Part shown: positions 52,597-60,359 of the stretch, piece by piece
Layout of the letters: each line of letters opens with the position of its first letter
Position numbering within the stretch: position 1 is the first letter of the stretch
Assembly: GCA_963724765.1 (NCBI GenBank)
Contig: CAVRVY010000003.1
Span: forward strand, 1,568,001-1,632,000
Source: an uncultured delta proteobacterium
Lineage (GTDB): Bacteria > Desulfobacterota > Binatia > Binatales > Binataceae
DNA length: 64,000 nucleotides
Reading direction: 5' to 3'
Program-made: the position numbers and the translations under genes
Notes under the pieces: generated by a model
The model's database searches: none
What the model was told of the DNA's origin: nothing
Seen by the model: the letters and a program-made list of their open reading frames with translations, nothing else

Positions 52597-54405
52597 ATGG
52601 CGCGTTCGCTTTCCTTTGATGACGATAGCGACGACAGTTTCGACCCTGGCCGAGCCACGCGGCCAATCTTAGCGATTATCGTCGCAACCGCTGTCTTTTA
52701 TCTCGGGAGAGATATTTTGATGCCACTGGCGATGGCGTCAATGCTCGCGGTCATTTTTAGTCCCGTCGCTAATCGGCTAGAGCCGTTTGTCGGCCGCTTG
52801 GTAAGTGCCGCGTTGATCATCCTCGCGGCGGTCGTCGCTCTCGTAGCGGTCGGCTATTTCCTCACTGTTGAGCTTACTGAGATTGCAGTGGAAGTTTCCG
52901 GCTATTCCAACAATATAGCGGTTAAGCTGAGTGCGCTGGAGAAAAGCACGCCTCTATGGCTCCAGCGAGTCGAGCATAGCGTCGGCGACATTGAGCAGCA
53001 GCTGCAAGACACGAATCATAAGACAGCGAAGCACAAACCCACGATAGTACAAGCGCTTCCCAGCTCGCCGGCGCTTGCTGAAGTACTGAAACCGGCCATG
53101 CCCGTGCTCGAGGCAGTCGGCCAGGGTCTGCTTGTGATTGTGCTGCTTTTCTTTTTGCTCTACAGCCGGCAAGACCTGCGTGACCGTTTCGTCAGACTCG
53201 CTGCGCGCGCCAGGATACCTGTCGCCGCGCAGGCCATCGAGACTGCCGGAGACACCGTTGGCCGCTACCTATTCCTCTTTTCACTGACAAATCTAGCATT
53301 CGGGATCGCAACTGGCACCATTGTCTGGTTGCTTGGCCTGCCTAATCCGGAGTTCTGGGGCGGCCTCGGTTTCTTGCTCCGATTCATACCTTATGTCGGA
53401 GCCTTGACGTCGGCGATACTGCCGACGCTGGTGGCGTTCGCCGTTTTTCCCGGATGGAGTAAATCGATAGAGGTGCTGGGAACGTTTGTGCTTCTGGATC
53501 AGGCCGCCGCGCAATTCGTCGAACCCTTCCTTATTGGCCGCGGAATCGGAGTATCACCGGTAGCGTTGCTGTTTTCGGCCATGTATTGGACCTGGGTGTG
53601 GGGAATTCCAGGCCTGCTGCTTGCCACACCTTTAACTGCCTGTCTTAAGGTGGCAGGTGACTACGTCCCGGCCCTGGGATTTCTAGCGGTCCTGCTCGGC
53701 GTCGATCAGCGTTCAGAAGACTATCACGAATACTATCGCAGACTTCTGGAGCTTGATCAGAACGGTGCTCGCTCACTCGCGCTTCGCTACTGCGATGAGC
53801 ACGGTCTTGAGCCTGTCTTCAACGACATTATTGTCCCCACATTAGTATTTATGGGTGAAGAACGCACGGAGGATCACATCAGCCAGGAGAATGAGCGATT
53901 TATCGTAGATACTACTCGTGAGATAATCGCCGAGGTAGGCAATCGGTTAAGCAAGCCGCGCATAGCTCCGAGGCTTCGCATCTTGGGTGTGTGCGCGCCT
54001 GGAGAAGGGCATACCCTTGGACTACTGATGTTATTGGAGCTTCTGCGGCAGGATGGAGCGGCAGCAAGCTTTGTTGGTGATAACAAATCTGCCGAGGAAG
54101 TGCGCGGCTTCGCCAGGCGCTTCACCCCGGACGTCGTGTGCCTGTCGTGTACGGTTACCGAGTCACTGCCAGCAGCCACGGAACTAACCCAGGAGTTGAA
54201 GAAGGATTCTCCGCAACTCATAATTGTTGCAGGCGGAGCCGCTGCTATGGCGGAGCCTTCCAAGTTACTGGTGGCTGGATGTTCACAAGTCTGTTGGAGC
54301 AAAAGTGAGGTGCGGCGTCTGATCAGGAGTTACGGACTGCAGCGCGCGCGAGTTCGAGTTGTCGGAACGACACGCTCTGTCGGTCCGCGGATGAGCAACA
54401 GCTGA
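52597..54405 (+). CDS. AI-2E family transporter with C-terminal cobalamin-binding-like domain
   Basis: AI-2E motifs (LRDRFVRL, LRFIPYVG, EPFLIGRGIGVSP, WGIPGLLLATPLT) followed by APGEGHTLGL...LSCT...VAGG. Confidence 0.85.
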   Translation: MARSLSFDDDSDDSFDPGRATRPILAIIVATAVFYLGRDILMPLAMASMLAVIFSPVANRLEPFVGRLVSAALIILAAVVALVAVGYFLTVELTEIAVEVSGYSNNIAVKLSALEKSTPLWLQRVEHSVGDIEQQLQDTNHKTAKHKPTIVQALPSSPALAEVLKPAMPVLEAVGQGLLVIVLLFFLLYSRQDLRDRFVRLAARARIPVAAQAIETAGDTVGRYLFLFSLTNLAFGIATGTIVWLLGLPNPEFWGGLGFLLRFIPYVGALTSAILPTLVAFAVFPGWSKSIEVLGTFVLLDQAAAQFVEPFLIGRGIGVSPVALLFSAMYWTWVWGIPGLLLATPLTACLKVAGDYVPALGFLAVLLGVDQRSEDYHEYYRRLLELDQNGARSLALRYCDEHGLEPVFNDIIVPTLVFMGEERTEDHISQENERFIVDTTREIIAEVGNRLSKPRIAPRLRILGVCAPGEGHTLGLLMLLELLRQDGAAASFVGDNKSAEEVRGFARRFTPDVVCLSCTVTESLPAATELTQELKKDSPQLIIVAGGAAAMAEPSKLLVAGCSQVCWSKSEVRRLIRSYGLQRARVRVVGTTRSVGPRMSNS

Positions 54406-54467
54406 TCAAATCGAAATAATCGCATCACTGTCACGGACGCCTAGAATAAGTAGCGATGTAGATTCTG

Positions 54468-55160
54468 ATGAGGCGTAAGAGCCAAGGCCGCGAGTCTCAT
54501 TCAGGTCAGAGCGCGATACCTTTCAGCTATTCAATCGAGGAGCTCGCGGAAGCCGCAACGAGCTGCCGTAGCTGCGATATTTGGAGCCGCGCTACGCAGA
54601 CCGTGTTCGGCAAGGGGAACGCGCAGGCCGAGGTGATGTTCGTCGGAGAACAACCGGGCAATCAGGAAGACCTTGCTGGTTATCCGTTCGTCGGGCCGGC
54701 CGGCAAGGTACTCGATAAGGCGCTTGTCGCTGCCGGAATCGCCCGTGACAAAGTATACATCACTAACGTGGTCAAGCATTTCAACTCGATTCAGCGCGGC
54801 AAGTGGAGAATTCACAAAAAGCCAAACGCCGAAGAGATAGCTGCCTGCCGTCCATGGCTGAATGCTGAAATCGCCATGATTCGTCCTAAGGTGGTGGTCT
54901 GTTTGGGCGCCAGCGCCGCGCAGGCGTTGATCAGTCGCGACTATCGGGTCACACAACACCGCGGACAACTTCAAAAATCGGGTTTTGGTCCAATGATAAC
55001 CGCGACCGTGCATCCTTCTTCGATATTGAGGGCTACGGGCGATGAAGCCAGGCGACTCCAGATGCGGCAGTTTGTGACCGACCTGAAGACAATCGCGCGT
55101 GCCCTACCAGAGTCAGCATTAATAAAAGGGGCTCATAGCGATTCTCGGAGCAAGTCTTAG
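54468..55160 (+). CDS. udgX: UdgX-family uracil-DNA binding protein (family 4 UDG-like)
   Basis: CRSC, ATQTVFG, VGEQPG, TNVVKHF...GKWRIHKKP, CRPWL, TVHPSSILR. Confidence 0.85.
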   Translation: MRRKSQGRESHSGQSAIPFSYSIEELAEAATSCRSCDIWSRATQTVFGKGNAQAEVMFVGEQPGNQEDLAGYPFVGPAGKVLDKALVAAGIARDKVYITNVVKHFNSIQRGKWRIHKKPNAEEIAACRPWLNAEIAMIRPKVVVCLGASAAQALISRDYRVTQHRGQLQKSGFGPMITATVHPSSILRATGDEARRLQMRQFVTDLKTIARALPESALIKGAHSDSRSKS

Positions 55161-55192
55161 AAGTGAGGGCGGAGCCTGATAACCCGGTTCTC

Positions 55193-56269
55193 TCAAGACT
55201 TTCGATACTCTCGCCACTCTTTCTCCATGACTTTGGCCATTGCTTTGCCAGCCGAACGTAGCCAGTCAGGTTTTTGCCGATCCAGGTCTTTTAGTACGTT
55301 GCCTACCTGACGCTTAGCCCCGAGATGAACATTTGCCGCTTCGGAGCCCATCGCACGGAGGAGCGTGTATTCGTCGCGCTTCTTCGGTAGGCTAGCAATG
55401 TCAATCGGATTGGAATCCGGGGACAGTCGTCGCACTATCCACTTACCCTCGATTAGCTGAAATGGATCGTGAGCACGAACAGCGGAGGCGATAGCCCGCT
55501 CATAGTAGGAGTTGCGGTCGCCTGTTCGTCCGTCGATCCAATGGAGGGATGATGGAACCATTTCCTTGGCTTCGCGCGCGATGCAGCCTCCCTCCCAATG
55601 CGCGATAGCTACGAAGCGCAGTTGCCCGAGACTTCCCAATCCGGCTTTTCTTAAGACGACTTTGTAGTCCATTTGTCGATCAGGAAGTGTCTTTTCAAGT
55701 GCGCGCCTGACATCACGAGGCAGTGTGTTTCTCACCACCGGACACGTATTCAGCTTCTTCCAGAAATCCTTTGGCGGTTTGAATGCATCGAGACCGAGCT
55801 TTTCAAGAATCATCTCGTGCTCCGCCAACACAATCGGGCAACCCCCGCTCTTCAAGGATTCTTTATAGCCTTCTAAAATGATGCTACAAGCATCCTTCAG
55901 ACCAATCGTGAGGGAGCCAGAGTCGCTTACTATTGTGACGCTAGCCGCCAGGCGTACCAGGTCGCTTGTGTACGGCAGGGGATAAGAGTCGTCGAAGTCG
56001 TCCACACCCCAGGCAAGGCGACCCTCCGAATCGCGCCAGGTCCCGAAACTGTTGACGTGCAAATCGCCGACGGCGATGACTGTGGGCGCTTTTGTCAGAT
56101 CAGCGCAGACCTCTGGCCATAGTTGAGCCCAACGGTAAAACGTCCCACGAAAAAACAAGAACAGATCAGACCTCATCTGCTCGTGTTTGTCCTGCAATTC
56201 GGACTGGGTGACTGGCACGCAAGCCCGCATCCAGCTTTCATAGCTTCTGGTTGCTTGCCGGATATTCAT
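55193..56269 (-). CDS. DUF2252 family kinase-like protein
   Basis: FLFFRGTFYRW, GDLHVNSFG, DDFDD, AGLGSLG, REAK; probable start MNIRQ at 56269. Confidence 0.82.
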   Translation of the reverse strand: MNIRQATRSYESWMRACVPVTQSELQDKHEQMRSDLFLFFRGTFYRWAQLWPEVCADLTKAPTVIAVGDLHVNSFGTWRDSEGRLAWGVDDFDDSYPLPYTSDLVRLAASVTIVSDSGSLTIGLKDACSIILEGYKESLKSGGCPIVLAEHEMILEKLGLDAFKPPKDFWKKLNTCPVVRNTLPRDVRRALEKTLPDRQMDYKVVLRKAGLGSLGQLRFVAIAHWEGGCIAREAKEMVPSSLHWIDGRTGDRNSYYERAIASAVRAHDPFQLIEGKWIVRRLSPDSNPIDIASLPKKRDEYTLLRAMGSEAANVHLGAKRQVGNVLKDLDRQKPDWLRSAGKAMAKVMEKEWREYRKS

Positions 56270-56496
56270 CGTCGCTTCGACCTCAGATCGTGGTTGCATC
56301 GGCGGCGGCGCCCGAACGTGCCAGATGACCAAGAGTTGGGATGATGAACGCAGAGAAGGCGAGAATCAGAAGCGCGAGGGCTTCGAAGTATTGGGGCAAG
56401 TGCGGCAGTTTATCCGTCCATGACACTATTGCGGCTAGTCCAGGCGCTGGAGCGCAAGAGTTACTCGCGTTGTCTGTATCTTCATGGCAGATTGTG

Positions 56497-57515
56497 TCAG
56501 CCAAGCCATTCAGGATGAGTCGAGGTCGAGTCAAAGGTCTGGCTGGTTTTATAGAGTTCGAATCCGCCCGACGCGGCGATCTTTTCTGTCTTCGCGAGAA
56601 GCGCATCCCGCTGAGAGCCGCTCATCGGACGAAACGTGCGCGCGGCATCCAGCGCCTGTTCCAATATTCGCATCGAGTCGCAGCCCGTGATTACCACGCT
56701 GGTCGGCAGATTCATCGAATAGTGCAGGCATTCGACCGGGGTGAGCACACCGCTGCGCAGGAAGTTGCCGTCGCCCATCGTCTTCATACCCAATACGCCG
56801 ATTTGGCGTCGGACCAATATGGGAAGAACGATGGATTCGAAGCTGTCGAAATGGGCGTCCATTACGTTAAGCGGCATCTGCACGGTGTCGAATGAGAAGC
56901 CGTGCTTGTCCGCGGTTTCCAGCATGTGAAGGTGAATTTGAGGACTTTTGTGGCGGTGAAACCTATAAATCGTAGCTTGCCGGACTGCTTCGCGTCGAGC
57001 ATCGCTTCGATAGCGCCGCCGTTCGCGAAAATTCGATCCGGGTCGTTCATCCGGATCACCTCATGAAACTGCACCAGATCGATCCGATCAGTCTGCAGGC
57101 GCCGCAGCGAATCTTCAATCTGTCTGGTGGCTGAGGTTTTGTCGCGTCCGTCGATTTTGGTCATCACAAATGCTTTGTCGCGATAACCATCGCGCAAAGC
57201 TTTTCCGACGCGCATTTCGCTGATGCCGTCATTGTAGTCCCAGCTGTTGTCAAGGAAGTTGACTCCACTGTCCAGTGCGGTCCGCACGATCCGGATGCTC
57301 TCGGATTCCTCCACCAGCGCGCGGCCAAGGTGATGCCCGCCAATACCGACGATGGAAACCTGCTCGCCGGTGTGCCCCAAGCCGCGCCGTGGAATTTCAC
57401 CGCTTGGCGGCCCCGCAGATTTGGATCCATCGGCGGCAAAAGCTCGCCGCGCCATCGCAAGTGCCAGCGCCGCCGTTGAGCCCGCAAGCTTCAGGAAATT
57501 TCGGCGTTCAATCAT
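56497..57515 (-). pseudogene. Tat-exported aldo/keto reductase, frameshifted near 56955
   Basis: ERRNFLK Tat signal, FLDNSWDY, LQTDRIDLVQFHE, FIGFT|(G)HKSP... continuing MLETADKH...QMPLN; one G missing. Confidence 0.82.
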
Positions 57516-57524
57516 ATGCGCCGT

Positions 57525-57683
57525 TTATGACGAGTGCTTCTTCCGTGCAGCGGCCGCTCCCTTCTTACCCAACGCGGTACGAACCCGCGATGGCAGGTGT
57601 GCAATCGTCCGCTTGTCCTTGGCTGCAGTCGCCGCCTGCTTGATATTCTCACGCGCCGCTGCGCGTTGCTTTGTCGTCGCCAC
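57525..57683 (-). CDS. Small basic 52-aa protein (stress-associated, KGG-like tail)
   Basis: GGAG RBS, GTG start; MATTKQRAAARENIKQAATAAKDKRTIAHLPSRVRTALGKKGAAAARKKHSS*; not in the ORF track. Confidence 0.72.
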   Translation of the reverse strand: MATTKQRAAARENIKQAATAAKDKRTIAHLPSRVRTALGKKGAAAARKKHSS

Positions 57684-57710
57684 GATCCATTCTCCAATTG
57701 CAGACAGATT

Positions 57711-58343
57711 CTATTCCATAGCCTCTTCTTCTTCCGAGGCTTCGGGTGCGCGCATGGCGGATTCCATTGCGAGCGTGGTGAGCGCGTGCTCATTCCAATT
57801 GAGATGGGTTTGTTCCTGCTTGCGTACTTCGCGGATCGCCTTGGAGGCCATCCGTTTCAGTTCCGGGTCGCTAATCCTGGTGGTTATCGAGGCGAGCATC
57901 TCCCAGTCCCAATGATCCTTGGTTTCAGCGAGGACCAGGTTCTCTATATTGTTCAAGTCCGTCAGCTCGGCAGGCACCTGCACAGAAAGCAGGCCGTTCG
58001 CCTTCTGGTCAGCGGCCTCCGCTCCGGGGCTTCGATAGTTCGCATCACCCGCCGCAGCCTCGAGCATCTCGGTGCAGAGTTCAACGTGGCGTTCGGTCTG
58101 GCGCATGAATTCTGCGAGCTTTTCTCTGAATTCGGCGTGTTCGAGCTCGTCCAGGGCCTTTTCGTAGAGTTTCACCCCACCCATTTCGACCACCAGCATT
58201 TCGGATAGAAAATCTTTCAACCATTCCGTTTCCAACGGCATTTGCTTCCCCCGCGATGTTCTCTTTGAAGACGCGCGCTGACGAGCGCCGTTGCGATGTG
58301 AGGTTGCCATTTGCTTCGCTCCATTAAGACGACTTGTTGCCAA
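57711..58343 (-). CDS. Ferritin-like (DUF892/YciF-like) protein
   Basis: EMGGVKLYE, QTERH, AETKDH, EQTH metal-ligand motifs; start could be 58343, 58310 or 58241. Confidence 0.75.
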   Translation of the reverse strand: MATSRLNGAKQMATSHRNGARQRASSKRTSRGKQMPLETEWLKDFLSEMLVVEMGGVKLYEKALDELEHAEFREKLAEFMRQTERHVELCTEMLEAAAGDANYRSPGAEAADQKANGLLSVQVPAELTDLNNIENLVLAETKDHWDWEMLASITTRISDPELKRMASKAIREVRKQEQTHLNWNEHALTTLAMESAMRAPEASEEEEAME

Positions 58344-58381
58344 AAGTATACGTTCGCCCGCTTACAGTGAAAGCAAACGGA

Positions 58382-58397
58382 AGCAATCGACGTGCCC
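58382..58397 (-). promoter_or_regulatory. Putative sigma-54 promoter
   Basis: Minus strand GGGCAC-GTCGA-TTGCT. Confidence 0.72.
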
Positions 58398-58470
58398 GCA
58401 GGGAGTAAAGCTCATTCTCTCATCCTTGCTGCATCAGGACGAGCAACGGCAAGACCGGATTGTAATGTTG

Positions 58471-59238
58471 TCAAGTGTCACGTGAATCAGGAGAATATTT
58501 CTGCAACTGTGAAAACGTAGAGTCAGCCGTGGTCCAATCGTTATTGAAGTACGCGTACACCTCGCGTCGCTGTCTCAATAACGTCCTCATTTGATCAGCC
58601 CAGCGACAAAGTTCTGGCTTTGAATACGAGGATGCAAACATCTTGCGCGGTCCGTGAAAGCGAAAATATGTAAAGTCTGCCGTAGTTGCGATGTCGGGAA
58701 CCGGATAGCGGGTTGAATGAGAAATTACCAATGCTGCACGATGGCGCCGAAGGAGCGCCAGCATCGCATTGCCGAAACATGAGTCACTCCGGAATTCCAC
58801 TGCTAAGCGCTGCCGGCGGTCGCCTCTGCCTGCAAAATCCAGAAAATCATCCAGCGACTTGAGGTTGACGTCGCTCGCGCTAAAAGTTGAAGGGAACTGC
58901 AGCAGGATTGGCCCGAGCTTATGCTTTAGAATCGAAACTCGACCAATGAACGTATCCCAGGCCTCATGTGCATCCCTGATACGTTTGATATGTGTGAGGT
59001 AGCGCGACGCTTTTAAGGCGAACCGAAACTGGTCCGGCGTCTCGCGGTACCAGGCTTCGCAGGTCTGTTCCGTGGGCAACCGATAGAAGGAGTAATTGAC
59101 CTCGACCGAATCAAATTGGCTCGCATAGTAGGGAAGCCATTTTTTCAGGGGCACCTCGCGAGGATAGAAGTCGCCTCGCCATTCGCGATAGGTCCAGCCC
59201 GATGTGCCTATATGCGCGCCAGTCATGCGGCGTGGCAT
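58471..59238 (-). CDS. DUF72 domain protein (YecE-like)
   Basis: IGTSGWTY...W...FYP, VEVNYSFYRLP, KASRYLTH, LLQFP, YFRFHG, YAYFNND. Confidence 0.9.
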   Translation of the reverse strand: MPRRMTGAHIGTSGWTYREWRGDFYPREVPLKKWLPYYASQFDSVEVNYSFYRLPTEQTCEAWYRETPDQFRFALKASRYLTHIKRIRDAHEAWDTFIGRVSILKHKLGPILLQFPSTFSASDVNLKSLDDFLDFAGRGDRRQRLAVEFRSDSCFGNAMLALLRRHRAALVISHSTRYPVPDIATTADFTYFRFHGPRKMFASSYSKPELCRWADQMRTLLRQRREVYAYFNNDWTTADSTFSQLQKYSPDSRDT

Positions 59239-59260
59239 GCGTCCGAGCGCATGCCTCGAG

Positions 59261-59791
59261 TCACGACATTTTTGTTAGAAGCGATTTCATATCTTCGGCG
59301 TGATCCTCTTCCACCTTGAGAATGTCTTCGATCATTTTGCGCGTGGTCGGATCGCCGTCACCGAGCCAGCGCACTATTTCTGAGTAGGATTCGATTGCAA
59401 TACGCTCGGCAACGAGGTTTTCCTTGATCATCGATGCGAGGCTGTCGCCTTCGGCGTATTCGGAGTGGCTGCGGGTGAGAAAACCCTCGGGATTCAAATC
59501 CGGCGCCCCTCCGAGTTGCGTGATGCGCGCCGCCACCCAATCCGCGTGCTGTTGTTCCTCACCCGCGTGTTCCAGAAACTGATCCTTGGCCCCTTCCGAA
59601 TTGATACCAGATGCCATGTAGTAATGCCGTTTGTAACGCAGGACGCATACCATCTCTGTGGCGAGAACGTCGTTCAGAACCTTGAGCACCGCGTTTCGGT
59701 CGGCGCCGTAACCCTCCGTTACAGCACCCTGCTCCATATGCTGACGCGCGCGGCTTCGGAGTTTTTTGAGATCGGTTACGAATTCGCTCAT
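59261..59791 (-). CDS. Bacterioferritin-like ferritin-domain protein
   Basis: LATEMVCVLRYKRH, EEQQHAD, ENLVAERIAI, EEDHAED; AGGAG RBS. Confidence 0.88.
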   Translation of the reverse strand: MSEFVTDLKKLRSRARQHMEQGAVTEGYGADRNAVLKVLNDVLATEMVCVLRYKRHYYMASGINSEGAKDQFLEHAGEEQQHADWVAARITQLGGAPDLNPEGFLTRSHSEYAEGDSLASMIKENLVAERIAIESYSEIVRWLGDGDPTTRKMIEDILKVEEDHAEDMKSLLTKMS

Positions 59792-59969
59792 TTCAAGATC
59801 TCCTATTCACCTGGCTTATCCATACGGAATTTTCCGCATGAAAGCTTTGTGTATCACGCCCCAGGATAAACAACAGTGACATACGAGCGCAGCCGCCCGT
59901 ACCTTTGCCGCACGCCACTCCCCGAGCCGTCGTCAAAACTCGAGCTCGATGCTGATCACAGAGAAGCTA

Positions 59970-59985
59970 AGCAACATGGCGGCCA
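59970..59985 (-). promoter_or_regulatory. Putative sigma-54 promoter
   Basis: Minus strand TGGCCG-CCATG-TTGCT upstream of the ferritin-like/DUF72 operon. Confidence 0.65.
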
Positions 59986-60303
59986 ATCTGCCGAGACCGC
60001 TTAAAATTTGCGGCAGATTTGTGCTTTCACAGGCAATCGAAGAGAAAAAACTTCGCTTCGCCGCGACTGGTTCGGCAGGAATAAGAGAAATGGCAGCAGA
60101 ATTTCGACTGAACCGCCCGCTGCGGCAATCATGTTACCGGTGACTTTTCGTAGCGTCCCTCGCCACACACTTCGTGTTGGATTGTAGGTGGCATCGCGGA
60201 CAATCAAAAAGTCAATTTCACCGGAAAAACCTACAACGCGGGAGAACATTTTCAAAAAGACGAGCTAAGACTGGATCGAACCGCGCTAAGACGCGGCGAG
60301 AAC

Positions 60304-60319
60304 CGGCATGTCCTTTGCT
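60304..60319 (+). promoter_or_regulatory. Putative sigma-54 promoter
   Basis: CGGCAT-GTCCT-TTGCT, 40 nt before the multicopper oxidase ATG. Confidence 0.75.
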
Positions 60320-60359
60320 CCGGTAAAGCGCGCGCTGCGTTCAAAGGACAATTTACACT

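Noticed and set aside
58278-58343. Peptide duplication MATSRLNGAKQ / MATSHRNGARQ at the ferritin-like N-terminus
   Set aside because: Two diverged copies only and the start codon is uncertain; no function can be supported.
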